From: Candidatus Thorarchaeota archaeon
GTDB taxonomy: Archaea; Asgardarchaeota; Thorarchaeia; Thorarchaeales; Thorarchaeaceae
NCBI GenBank assembly: GCA_016839605.1
Contig: JAEOTX010000106.1
Coordinates: 1-37,616 of the forward strand
DNA: 37,616 nucleotides
Reading direction: 5' to 3'
The position numbers and the translations under genes are program-made. Of this stretch, positions 7,942 through 17,624 are shown in pieces; the stretch's first letter is position 1, and each line of letters starts with the position of its first letter. The notes beneath the pieces were generated by a model that was not told the origin of the DNA, ran no database searches, and saw only the letters and a list, made by a program, of their open reading frames with translations.

Positions 7942-9527
7942 GACTTATCTACCTCAACCTCGCCTTCCTTGGTCTTCATTTCACGTAGAGTGGAGACCGC
8001 CTTGTCTCCCTTCTTCTTCAAGACACCAAGCTTGTCATATTGACGAATCCATTTTGTCACGAGACCCACTGGCTGTGCAAGTGTCTTAGCCAGATCAGCA
8101 ATAGCTATTGACCCGACTTCATCAACGAGAATAAGCACTTTGGTATTAGACTCCATGCTCAAGACCTGGATGTACCTCTTTACCCTTTCATCAGAGATAT
8201 CTCTCTCTTCCAGGGCTATGTCCCGTTCCTTTTCCATGAGTCGTGTAGATTTCTCATAGGCTTCCTTTTGCATCTCAACTAGTGGAATCTTATCTTGAGT
8301 TGTCTTCAATTCCCCTTCTAAATCGTAAATCTGCTGTTCCATATCCTTGATGCCCTTAATTTTGTCTTGGACTGCAGTGAGTTCATCTAGTCTGGACTGA
8401 CTTTCAGCATCTGCAGCTTCTTTCTCTTTTGTCAAGCTCTCTGCCTGCCTCTCCAATTCCACAATCTGCGCTTGACTCTTATCTGCTTCTGCACGCTTCT
8501 CCTCAAGTGCCTTCTCGACAAGAGCTATTTTCGCCTCTATTGCTTCGTACTCAGCATCAGACTTAGTACTAGCTGTTTTAGCTGCTTCTGCTTCAGATTT
8601 GTAGACATCAAGCTGGCTCTCAGATTCCTTGTACTTCAAACGAAGGTCATTCGCCTCTGCTCTGACATTGTCAAGTTCCTCAGTACGTGCTTTGATTGAG
8701 GCGTCCTTCTTTGCAATATCTTGCTTCAGGGCTTCTACCTTATCGTCATATTCCTTGAGTTTTCGAACCATCTCCTCAGTAGCAGCATCAGTTGTCATTG
8801 ATTTGTCCACGACAGATTGAAGGGCCTTGATATCAAGTTCGAGCTTGGCTATCGCTGAATCTTTTTCAGATAGACCAGTCTGCAAGGACATTCCATCTTC
8901 TTCCAGAGTTGACATGAATGATCTAACAATATCCTGTTGCTCTACTATTGTGGTTCTAAGGTCGAGTTCCGATTCTCGCACTCTTTGAGCGAATTCCTTG
9001 AATCGCTCTTGTGTTTGCTCCACGATTTTATCAACCAGATCTCTTTCAAGTGCAGCAAACTCATTGTCAACAATATCTACGAAGGTAGCTTCGATGAAGC
9101 TCTTGAAGAACTTCATTCTAAGCCGCTCAACCATCTCTTCTGAAATTCGTGACTTGAGCTCGACAACCTTTCCTCTGAAGGTCAGTAGCTGGGCTGCAAA
9201 TACTCCCACTACACCTCTCTGCAATGATGAGATATCGGAACGAAGATTCTCCAGTTTTCGAAGAAGTGCATCAAATCCTGCTACAGCTTCACCAGCATCA
9301 AGGGGACTTTCTCGTCCTTCTGGGATTTCCATACCCTCAACAAACTCCAACGCCACCGCTGCAGCTGATAGCAGATCATCGCTGGAATCAACGGGCATCA
9401 TGACTGGATCAGATTCATCTAGACCTTGTGCCATTCCCTGTATGTGAACTTCATCTAGTGATGCTTCTTTGAGCGATTCTTGGAGTTTCGCCTTTTCTTC
9501 GTCGGTTAACTTCTCATCAGGAGCCAT
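7938..9527 (-). CDS. Long coiled-coil protein with acidic N-terminus and C-terminal winged helix
   Basis: Roughly 350 aa of heptad repeats; no Walker motifs; C-terminal IAIADLAKTLAQPVGLVTKWIRQYDKLGVLKKKG is HTH plus wing. Confidence 0.75.
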   Translation of the reverse strand: MAPDEKLTDEEKAKLQESLKEASLDEVHIQGMAQGLDESDPVMMPVDSSDDLLSAAAVALEFVEGMEIPEGRESPLDAGEAVAGFDALLRKLENLRSDISSLQRGVVGVFAAQLLTFRGKVVELKSRISEEMVERLRMKFFKSFIEATFVDIVDNEFAALERDLVDKIVEQTQERFKEFAQRVRESELDLRTTIVEQQDIVRSFMSTLEEDGMSLQTGLSEKDSAIAKLELDIKALQSVVDKSMTTDAATEEMVRKLKEYDDKVEALKQDIAKKDASIKARTEELDNVRAEANDLRLKYKESESQLDVYKSEAEAAKTASTKSDAEYEAIEAKIALVEKALEEKRAEADKSQAQIVELERQAESLTKEKEAADAESQSRLDELTAVQDKIKGIKDMEQQIYDLEGELKTTQDKIPLVEMQKEAYEKSTRLMEKERDIALEERDISDERVKRYIQVLSMESNTKVLILVDEVGSIAIADLAKTLAQPVGLVTKWIRQYDKLGVLKKKGDKAVSTLREMKTKEGEVEVDKS

Positions 9528-9733
9528 GTCTATCCCTCAGTGGCCGAGCAAATGATAAGAGCAATACGTTAGGTATAAGGTTTGTGAGAATGTCCCCCTA
9601 GACCTTATACTTAATCTCTAAGGCCCTATGCCGGCTTTCATGCTGGCCGAGTAAAGCTGGATGGAGCGGTTATAATCTATTTTGCTTGTGGAATGAAAGC
9701 GCTTATGAGAGTCCTTTGAATCACCATGCATCG

Positions 9734-10957
9734 ATGACAGCAAACTCTTCTCTCCTCAGAGGAAAGACGGTAGCAGTGCTAGGTTTCAATGCCAGACCGA
9801 TTGCTTGTTCAGCTAAAAGAGCAGGGGCACGCGTCATTGTTTCTGATTATTGGGGTGATGAAGATCTCGATGCATGCTCATCAAAGTGGACGGCAATTTT
9901 GACACCGATTCCTGGGAAGCGACAAAGGGCGCCCTTAGAGAAACGAGTTCATGTTGGTTTGGTTGAAAACCTAATAGAAACCATAGAGCAGGAGGATATA
10001 GACCATCTGTTTGTGGGGAGTGGGTTCGATGATAATACTCATTCACTAGCGAAATTGGAGAAGAGGACTGCAATCACTGGTAACTCGACAGTCCAGATGC
10101 AAAAAGCTCGAGATCGATTGACTATTGAAAAGCTGGTTGAAAGTCAGGGTCTACATATTCCCACAAGCTTGATCGCAAGAACACTCGATGAGGCATATGC
10201 AAACTGCGATGAACTTGGCTACCCCTGTGTTATACGCCCTCCCTTATCTGGTGGTGGAAGTGGAATCTCTCTTGTTAGTGACCCGAGTCAGGTGGAAGCA
10301 GCCTGCTGGCGATTACAGGCTGAAATAGAATCCCCCGAGGTGATTGTCCAGCAATACATTGCAGGCTCTGATGGATCTTCCTGTGTGCTTTCAACAGGTA
10401 CCGAGTCTGTAGTTCTATCCGTTCAAGGCCAGCTTATTGGCATGCCATCAGCAGGGAGGAATTGTGACTTCGTCTATTCTGGTAATTATACACCTATGCA
10501 TTTGTCTAATTCTGTGAAACAACTGATTGTGGATAGTAGCGAATTGATATGCACAACTCTCGAACTTCAAGGTACAAATGGGATTGATTTTGTTGTCGAC
10601 AAGCAGGAGAGAGTGTGGTTTCTAGAGATTAATCCTAGATTTCAAGGGACGTTGGAAATGCTTGAGCGAGGTGGAGGCATATCGGTAACTGAATTACACA
10701 CTGCTGTGTGCAATGGAATTCTTCCTACAGACATTCCTCCATTCTCACCTTCGATAAAGCTTGTAGTCTTTTCTAGACGAAATGGAAAGGTTCCTGATTT
10801 GAGTAAATATGAAAACACAGTGGACCGTACACCAAAGGGTGTTGTTGTGAATAGAGGTGATCCTGTGTGTACTGTGATAAAGACCTCTGCAACACTCTCA
10901 GACTGCTATGATAGTGCCCTGTCTGTTTCAAACGCTATACAACTTGCTATCAAATGA
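9734..10957 (+). CDS. ATP-grasp superfamily ligase (archaeal type often linked to C1-cofactor synthesis)
   Basis: RPPLSGGGSG, QQYIAG, GIDF and LEINPRFQGT motifs; ATG at 9734 is the likely start. Confidence 0.8.
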   Translation: MTANSSLLRGKTVAVLGFNARPIACSAKRAGARVIVSDYWGDEDLDACSSKWTAILTPIPGKRQRAPLEKRVHVGLVENLIETIEQEDIDHLFVGSGFDDNTHSLAKLEKRTAITGNSTVQMQKARDRLTIEKLVESQGLHIPTSLIARTLDEAYANCDELGYPCVIRPPLSGGGSGISLVSDPSQVEAACWRLQAEIESPEVIVQQYIAGSDGSSCVLSTGTESVVLSVQGQLIGMPSAGRNCDFVYSGNYTPMHLSNSVKQLIVDSSELICTTLELQGTNGIDFVVDKQERVWFLEINPRFQGTLEMLERGGGISVTELHTAVCNGILPTDIPPFSPSIKLVVFSRRNGKVPDLSKYENTVDRTPKGVVVNRGDPVCTVIKTSATLSDCYDSALSVSNAIQLAIK

Positions 10958-11053
10958 ATCTAATGCATTAGACTGGCAGAAGGAGATTCAGCAAATGTAT
11001 ATCTGGACCCATGCATATTGAATAGGTTGTAGAGGAGCCAGAAGGTGTGACCC

Positions 11054-12121
11054 ATGAGGGTTTGCCCAAAATGCAACAAATCAAATCTGCCCACTAGAAA
11101 GTATTGTATCCGCTGCGCTGCGTCACTAATTGTCCCGCCTAAGAAGAGGGCTGCCGTAGATGAAGCACCAAAGCCTGAAGTTCCCGAGATTGGTCGTGTA
11201 ACCACCGCAGCGTCTATGGCTCGCCAAGCTGCTGAGTCAGCTGCACCACCTCCGACTACCGACGATCAATGGGTGAAACCGAGTGAGGTCTCTCGTGATC
11301 GAGTACGCACAGCATCAGGAGGAGCGCGGAAGACAGAACTGGAGAAAGCTCAAGAGGCTTTTGCTAGAGCAGAGGATGTCGGAATTGACGAGGATGGTAC
11401 AGGGATTATAGAGACCCGTATGTTGCGTGCCAGCGAGGTCAGAGAACTGCTGGAAAGCGCTTCCACTCATGCTACTCCCGAAGTTCCAGCACCTATGATG
11501 ATGGAGGGTTCAGAGCCCTTAACTCCCGAAGAAATGGAACTCATGCAACCGACAATGCCTCAGCCTCAAGCATTAGAAGAACAGATTCTAGGTACAAAAT
11601 CGGCTTTTGTTGCACCAGATGAAGAAGTGACTCCTCAACCGGAAAAGCAACTGGACACAGACGTTTCCGCCGGATTCAGTTCAGCAAGATATGAAGAAGC
11701 AGATGAAGAACCCGGGATAAGGATGCCTGACACTTTGCCCACAGTGACTGCGGAAACTCTGGCACCTCAGCCCACTCCAACGGCAACTCCTCAGCCCATT
11801 CCAACAACAGTGCCTCAGCCTTCCACTTCCGAAGAAACGATAACTCCAGTATCGACAGTAAAGGATGAACTAGATCATGTCACTATTTGTCACAATTGCG
11901 GAGAAGCGACCAATATCGACCAGTTTGAGTATCCGGTTGAGGTCTATAGCGCAATGGGTGCAGCCCGCCTCAAACAGGCTCGATTCTTGGTTGTGCAGGG
12001 AAAATCAGACCGTGCCAATGAGAGTCTTCGGATTGCAAGGAGTCTATACAAGAAAGCTGGTGATGAAACCGGACTCAATGAAACCAAGAGGCTTATCGAT
12101 TCTCTTGCACGAGGCGGCTAA
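11054..12121 (+). CDS. Zinc-ribbon protein with long Pro/Thr/Glu-rich linker and C-terminal CxxC plus TPR-like helices
   Basis: CPKC...CIRC at the N-terminus, low-complexity middle, CHNC, helical C-terminus; GGTG RBS. Confidence 0.75.
   Translation: MRVCPKCNKSNLPTRKYCIRCAASLIVPPKKRAAVDEAPKPEVPEIGRVTTAASMARQAAESAAPPPTTDDQWVKPSEVSRDRVRTASGGARKTELEKAQEAFARAEDVGIDEDGTGIIETRMLRASEVRELLESASTHATPEVPAPMMMEGSEPLTPEEMELMQPTMPQPQALEEQILGTKSAFVAPDEEVTPQPEKQLDTDVSAGFSSARYEEADEEPGIRMPDTLPTVTAETLAPQPTPTATPQPIPTTVPQPSTSEETITPVSTVKDELDHVTICHNCGEATNIDQFEYPVEVYSAMGAARLKQARFLVVQGKSDRANESLRIARSLYKKAGDETGLNETKRLIDSLARGG
11765..11821 (+). repeat. 24-nt tandem coding repeat (PQPTPTAT-PQPIPTTV-PQP)
   Basis: CCTCAGCC recurs at 11765, 11789 and 11813. 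Confidence 0.7.
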
Positions 12122-12909
12122 GCTTCCAGCCAGATTTTCATGAACTTGTCACGTTCATCACGGAATTTCTCCGGGTCCTTGCACATCATTAGGAACTTGC
12201 CTGAGTACCCATTTTCCTTTAACTCTCTGAAGATTGGTTCGAATTCTATTTCTCCCTCTCCGATGGGGAGATGCTCGTCGTATTCTCTTGCAATGACCAA
12301 TAGCTCTTCATGAGCAACTTCCCTCTCGCGTCTGAGGTCTCTGACCTTGCTTACCATTTGTGCTCCATGATTGTCATGCACATTTACGACGGCAATGTGA
12401 TCGTAGAATGATTGAATCACATCCAACGCTCTGTTCCTTGTGGCCATAATTTGTCCGTGCCCAATGTCAAGCGCTATTTTCATGTCAGGGCATCGCTCAA
12501 ACAAAAGAGTCAGCTCTGTGTAGTATAAGCCAAGTGTTTCTACCGCGAGCTGAATGCCGCTCTCTTTTGCGGTATCGCACAAAAGTGGTACCCACTCAAG
12601 AAATGAATCAATCTCATCATCACTGTAGAATAGCGTTGAGAGTGCGGTATGCGTGGTGACTAATTCAGCACCGACCTCTGCACCTACGTCGATATATGGC
12701 ACGATCTCTCTGGGAAAGTCCATTGGCCTCCAGCAGGGGTCACTGGGCAGATGCAGAGTTGGTGTGATGCTGGAATCCTCTAGAATCCTTCTGACTTCCC
12801 GGAAATCCAGGCTGTAGTTTAAGTCCATTCGTAGATCAATAAATTCTGGGTTGAAAGAAATACCCCTCTTCACCTGATCTATGTGTCTTGCGAATGTTCC
12901 TATCTCCAT
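12118..12909 (-). CDS. Sugar-phosphate isomerase/epimerase (AP endonuclease 2 / xylose-isomerase-like TIM barrel)
   Basis: LAVET, LDIGHG, VHDNHG and DEHLPIGEGEIEF motifs; the last metal Glu appears to be replaced (FLMMC). Confidence 0.8.
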   Translation of the reverse strand: MEIGTFARHIDQVKRGISFNPEFIDLRMDLNYSLDFREVRRILEDSSITPTLHLPSDPCWRPMDFPREIVPYIDVGAEVGAELVTTHTALSTLFYSDDEIDSFLEWVPLLCDTAKESGIQLAVETLGLYYTELTLLFERCPDMKIALDIGHGQIMATRNRALDVIQSFYDHIAVVNVHDNHGAQMVSKVRDLRREREVAHEELLVIAREYDEHLPIGEGEIEFEPIFRELKENGYSGKFLMMCKDPEKFRDERDKFMKIWLEA

Positions 12910-13100
12910 GGAAGACCACACAAACGGTTCAAATTGGCTGGCTTTTGTTAGTTTTGGTCCGACGTTGCGGAAGCTCTCTCTCGAACCAAATCAGGCATAT
13001 TTATTGCTTGGAAAAGCATAACCCCATCGAGCTGCGTAAGCATTATATGACTCAAATGAAGTCGTTTCGTAAATAGGCCTAATCGTGGAGCGTATCAGAC

Positions 13101-13637
13101 CTGCCGGATAGTATCTCATACCTGTTCAAATTGGTCTTCCTTGGTGAGGGGGCAGTTGGCAAAACAAGTCTCGTTGGTAGGTATGTGTATGATTCATTCG
13201 AAGGTGACTATCTAGCGACCATTGGCACGGACATACATGTTAAGACCGTTCAGTTAGAAGATACGATGGTTAAGCTCGTCGTGTGGGACATTGCAGGCCA
13301 AGATGACTTCGCCCAGCTGCGAAAGGCTTACTACCAGAATGCCAGTGGTGCATTCTTCGTCTTTGACTGCACGCGACCGGATACTATTGCGAGAATCGAA
13401 GAATGGGTCGAGGCACTCTACGGTGTGACCAAGCAAATCCCGCTGGTACTCGTCGAGAACAAGATTGACTTGAAGAGTAAGATTGAATCCGGGCAGATAG
13501 AGAAGCTTGTCAAGAAGCACGGTTTCACGCATGTCCAAACAAGTGCAAAAGAGGACACAAATGTCGAAGAGGCATTCAAACAGATGACTCGAGAAATCCT
13601 CGAGAAGACTAGAGGAAAAGGTACCGCTACAATGTGA
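13101..13637 (+). CDS. Rab-like small GTPase 1 (probable CTG start at 13101)
   Basis: G1 GEGAVGKT, G2 TIG, G3 WDIAGQ, G4 NKID, G5 TSAK. Conserved YLFKLVFLG extends upstream of the TTG at 13131. Confidence 0.9.
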   Translation: MPDSISYLFKLVFLGEGAVGKTSLVGRYVYDSFEGDYLATIGTDIHVKTVQLEDTMVKLVVWDIAGQDDFAQLRKAYYQNASGAFFVFDCTRPDTIARIEEWVEALYGVTKQIPLVLVENKIDLKSKIESGQIEKLVKKHGFTHVQTSAKEDTNVEEAFKQMTREILEKTRGKGTATM

Positions 13638-13698
13638 CACCAGAGGTAAGCGGAAGGTTAACATGTGAAATATACAATATGGCGAGGGGAGTGCCGCC

Positions 13699-14211
13699 AT
13701 GAGTGAACCCGACTTTGTCTACAAAATCGTCTTTCTAGGGGAGTCTGGAGTTGGTAAGACTTCACTAGTGCAGAGATTCGTATACGACAGTCTGAGTCCC
13801 GAGATGGCGCAGACCATTGGCGCCGTTTTACATGTGAAGACAATCGAACTCGAAGATACGAACTACAAGCTGATAATTTGGGACCTTGGTGGTCAAGAAT
13901 CTTTCAGGCAATTGCGTCAGCAGTTTTGCACTAACGCGAGTGGTGCATTCTTTGTTTTTGATCGTGGGCGTCCAGAAACACTTGGCACCATCGATACGTG
14001 GCTACAATCACTTTATGCCTCTGCTGGGAATGTTCCCACTGCGGTCATAGAGAACAAGATAGACCTTGACCCAGTCTTTGACCAGAAAGCTGTCCAAGCT
14101 GAGATCGACAAACGCAGTCTGAAACTGATGCAGACAAGTGCCACTGAAAGCCTGAACGTGGATAAGACCTTCCAGGATCTTGTACGGACCATCCGTGCTC
14201 GTAAGTCCTAG
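13699..14211 (+). CDS. Rab-like small GTPase 2
   Basis: G1 GESGVGKT, TIG, WDLGGQ, NKID, TSA; GAGGGGAG RBS. Confidence 0.92.
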   Translation: MSEPDFVYKIVFLGESGVGKTSLVQRFVYDSLSPEMAQTIGAVLHVKTIELEDTNYKLIIWDLGGQESFRQLRQQFCTNASGAFFVFDRGRPETLGTIDTWLQSLYASAGNVPTAVIENKIDLDPVFDQKAVQAEIDKRSLKLMQTSATESLNVDKTFQDLVRTIRARKS

Positions 14212-14903
14212 TGTGGAGCATCTGCCGAGCTCCCTTTGTAGGCCAGGCCCAGTTTCTTCTTTTCCCCAGTGACCATGTATACAGCCCTCTCAGCTATGGC
14301 AAAAGCTTGGTCTGCCGCACGCTCACAATATCTTCCAACAATGACATAAAACATCGCCATGGTCGTGATGTCTTTTCTTTTTCTCAGGTATTCGATAATT
14401 TCCTCAAACATCTCTGAGGTTTCCCGATCGCTGTCAGCTTCCATCTTTTCAAGATCATCGAGGTGTGAGAGGTCATTGTCCAGAACTCCTTTCATTGCTA
14501 TTTCAAGCGTCTTTTTCGCCAACTTAGCTACATAGGGCAAGGACTGCAGTTCCTTGAAATGCTCCAAGTCTTTACATAGCTTGACGATATGTGCTATCTT
14601 GTAGGCGTATCTGCCGACACGGTGAAGATGATGTGCAACCTGCAGATAGGTCGCGAGTCTTCGGAGGTCAGATGCAACTGGCTGTCTTCTTGCAATGGTC
14701 TCGAATACCTTGGCTTCGACCTTCATGGACAACTCCTCTATCTGCTGGGAATTCCTTTTGACCTCTGCTGCCACTTCCTGATCCAGAAGCTCGAATGCCT
14801 TCATAGCTTTCATGAAAGCTCCAGATGAGAGTGCATGGAGTTCCTTCAATCGATTGCCAATTTCTTCAATGTGAATCTCTAACTGTGTTCGCATAGCGCT
14901 CAC
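14208..14903 (-). CDS. phoU: Phosphate signalling protein PhoU
   Basis: RRQPVASDLR and ERAADQA motifs; last gene of the pst operon. Confidence 0.9.
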   Translation of the reverse strand: MSAMRTQLEIHIEEIGNRLKELHALSSGAFMKAMKAFELLDQEVAAEVKRNSQQIEELSMKVEAKVFETIARRQPVASDLRRLATYLQVAHHLHRVGRYAYKIAHIVKLCKDLEHFKELQSLPYVAKLAKKTLEIAMKGVLDNDLSHLDDLEKMEADSDRETSEMFEEIIEYLRKRKDITTMAMFYVIVGRYCERAADQAFAIAERAVYMVTGEKKKLGLAYKGSSADAPH

Positions 14904-15665
14904 CTATCCTATTCTCCCTGTGATAAATGCCTCCGTTCGGTCATCTGAGGGTGCTTCTGCAATTCTCTTTGTCTTGTCAAACTCCACTAGCTCTCCAAGA
15001 TATAGAAAAGCTGCTTGGTCTGAAACTCTAAACGCCTGCTGAACGTTGTGAGTGACCATTATGATGGTGTATTCCTTTTTCAGCTCAGTGATGAGCTCTT
15101 CTATCTTCCCGGCGCTTATTGGATCAAGTGAAGAAACAGGCTCATCCATGAGAAGCACTGGAGGATCCACTGCAAGAGCTCTAGCAATGCAGAGCCTTTG
15201 CTGTTGACCCCCAGAGAGATTGGGAGCTGGATCCTCGAGGCTATCTTTGACTTCATCCCACAGGGCTGCTTTCTTCAAGGACTGCTCTGCCAAGTTGTCA
15301 AGCTCATCTATGTCCTTCATACCGTGAAGTTTGGGTCCATATGTGATATTATCGCGGACACTCATAGGGAACGGGTTGGGCCGTTGAAAGACCATCCCTA
15401 CACGTCTTCTTAGGTCATAAACATCGGAATCGGGTGCGTAGATGTTCTCACCTTCAAGCAAGACCTCACCGCTCATCCTGAAACTCCCAATAGTGTCATT
15501 CAATCGATTGAGACTTCTGAGCAACGTCGACTTACCACACCCTGAAGGACCCATTACTGCGGTCACGGAGTTGTCTTCAAAGTAGCAGCTGATTTCCTTC
15601 AGAATCTTCTTCTTACCAAACCATGTTGACAGGTCTCTGACTTCTATCTTGTAATCATAGGACAT
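14904..15665 (-). CDS. pstB: Phosphate ABC transporter ATPase
   Basis: GPSGCGKST, GMVFQRPNPFP, LSGGQQQRLCIARA, LMDEP and ITGRIG motifs. Confidence 0.96.
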   Translation of the reverse strand: MSYDYKIEVRDLSTWFGKKKILKEISCYFEDNSVTAVMGPSGCGKSTLLRSLNRLNDTIGSFRMSGEVLLEGENIYAPDSDVYDLRRRVGMVFQRPNPFPMSVRDNITYGPKLHGMKDIDELDNLAEQSLKKAALWDEVKDSLEDPAPNLSGGQQQRLCIARALAVDPPVLLMDEPVSSLDPISAGKIEELITELKKEYTIIMVTHNVQQAFRVSDQAAFLYLGELVEFDKTKRIAEAPSDDRTEAFITGRIG

Positions 15666-15669
15666 TGGT

Positions 15670-16647
15670 CTAGACCACCCTCCGTGTCAGTTTTCGAAGT
15701 ATGATGTTAGCTATGATGTCGACCGCTAAGACCATGAGTAGAAGGACCAAAGCCGCACCATGCGCTTTGGCTTGCAGATACTCTCTGGGATCAGTAATGT
15801 AGGACCAGACAGTGTATGGAAGAGATGCCACCCATGATCCTCCACCGGTAACGCTTGTTGGGACACCAAGAGTGTTTCCAGCAGTGAAAATCAGAGGAGC
15901 TGTTTCTCCCATTACTCTGCCAACAGCTAAGAGAATCCCGGTGATTATTCCTGGAATTGCGGCTCGGATCGTGATGTTCCATGTCGTGGTCCATTTGGTT
16001 GCTCCAAGTGCGAGTGAAGCTTCTCTCAATGCCATGGGAACTTGCTTGAGTGCTTCTTGTGTCGTTCGAAGGACAGTTGGAATCATCATGAAGGCAAGAG
16101 TGAATCCTCCTGCTATCAGTCCCATGCCTATGTGAAGAAAGTCGACAAAGAAGGCAAATCCAAAAGCACCGAAAACAATCGAAGGAATTCCCGCCATTAC
16201 GTCTGCTGCGAATTCAATAGCACTAGTCACCGTCCCGGGTTTTGCATACTCTGTGATATATACAGCACCACACACACTGAGGGGAATGCCAATCATGCAA
16301 GCAACTACCATAAGCAGGATTGTGCCAACAATAGCATTTCTGATACCCCCCTCTAATCCTGGTCCAGGAAATGTTCCAAAGAACTCCAAGCCCTGACCGG
16401 GGCCAGATCCAAATACTTCTGGTATCCCTACTGACAGAACTTGTACTAGGACCATGAAGAAGGGAGCCACGATTACCAAGATGCATATTGCAAGGAGTAT
16501 CTTGAACAGGAAATCTGACAACGTTCTCTTGGTTCGTGCCTGCATTTTGAGGTAGCGGATTATAAGGGCAAGCCTTCCATCTTCTGGAGGTGGAATCTCC
16601 TCTTTGAATACCTGGTCCTGCTCTAACTGTCGCGTTTGGCTACTCAT
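15670..16647 (-). CDS. pstA: Phosphate ABC transporter permease
   Basis: GIPSIVFGAFG, REASLALGATKW and RVMGETAPL motifs. Confidence 0.93.
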   Translation of the reverse strand: MSSQTRQLEQDQVFKEEIPPPEDGRLALIIRYLKMQARTKRTLSDFLFKILLAICILVIVAPFFMVLVQVLSVGIPEVFGSGPGQGLEFFGTFPGPGLEGGIRNAIVGTILLMVVACMIGIPLSVCGAVYITEYAKPGTVTSAIEFAADVMAGIPSIVFGAFGFAFFVDFLHIGMGLIAGGFTLAFMMIPTVLRTTQEALKQVPMALREASLALGATKWTTTWNITIRAAIPGIITGILLAVGRVMGETAPLIFTAGNTLGVPTSVTGGGSWVASLPYTVWSYITDPREYLQAKAHGAALVLLLMVLAVDIIANIILRKLTRRVV

Positions 16648-16656
16648 GAGACCATC

Positions 16657-17610
16657 TCACCTCAACCCCCGTGTTTTCATTCCCCAACGGATGAATAGCT
16701 TCGCCATAATTGTGAATGAAATGGACATAAGGAGCAGTACGAGTGCCACAGCAAAAAGCGCAGACCGCCAGAGTGGGAAGACAAATGCGTACCCTAGTTG
16801 ATTTGTTATGATTGACGTCATGACGTAAGTGGGATCGAAAAGTGAGAATGGTATTTGCAGAGCGTTGCCAGTAACCATCAGGACCGCCATTGTTTCGCCT
16901 ACCGCTCTTCCTAATGATAGGACTACAGCAGCACCAATCCCTGGCATTGCTGCCCCCATGACGACTTTCCTAGCGGTCTCCGTACTGGTTGCGCCAAGGG
17001 CCAGTGAGGCCTCTCTGAGTGTCCTAGGAACCGATTGAAGTGCATCGTCTGAAACAGTCACTATGGTTGGAAGGAGCATGATTGCGAGAATAATGCCGCC
17101 TGCGAGAAGACTGAGTCCATTAGACTCGACTCCAAATGCCGGTGCAAGGACTGAACCAATCCACGGTGTTACTACAAGATACGCCCATAGTCCATAGACG
17201 ATAGATGGAATTGCAGCCATCATCTCGATGACCATCCTAATTGGCCCTCTAAGTCTGTGAGGACAGAATTCACTGAGAAAAAGGGCGCCAGCCATCCCCA
17301 ATGGAACTGCTATTCCAATAGCTAATATGGTGCACATGAAGGAACCAGCGATGAAGATGGCGATACCGTACAAGTCCCGATTTGGATTCCATGTGGGATT
17401 GACTATGATTCCCATTCCTCCCTCAGGACTCGCAAATATGAGTGCGGATTCATACCAAAGGAAAGTCAGAATGAGCACTATGACGGCGGAACTAGCGAGT
17501 GCTGGAATGAGCAAGCCAAAGCGACCAAGGAGGTCTATGCGCGCTGACCCCTTAGCTGACCTGAGCTCTCGGATGAATTGTGAGAGGTCCTCTTTGATTT
17601 GCTGACTCAT
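16657..17610 (-). CDS. pstC: Phosphate ABC transporter permease
   Basis: AIPSIVYGLW and GRAVGETMAVLMVTGN motifs; ATG at 17610 follows GAGGAGG. Confidence 0.93.
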   Translation of the reverse strand: MSQQIKEDLSQFIRELRSAKGSARIDLLGRFGLLIPALASSAVIVLILTFLWYESALIFASPEGGMGIIVNPTWNPNRDLYGIAIFIAGSFMCTILAIGIAVPLGMAGALFLSEFCPHRLRGPIRMVIEMMAAIPSIVYGLWAYLVVTPWIGSVLAPAFGVESNGLSLLAGGIILAIMLLPTIVTVSDDALQSVPRTLREASLALGATSTETARKVVMGAAMPGIGAAVVLSLGRAVGETMAVLMVTGNALQIPFSLFDPTYVMTSIITNQLGYAFVFPLWRSALFAVALVLLLMSISFTIMAKLFIRWGMKTRGLR

Positions 17611-17624
17611 CGTCAATCCTCCTC

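Noticed and set aside
7938-9527. Calling the 529-aa coiled-coil protein an SMC or ESCRT-III
   Set aside because: No Walker A/B, hinge or hook, and it is much longer than ESCRT-III with no recognisable Snf7 pattern
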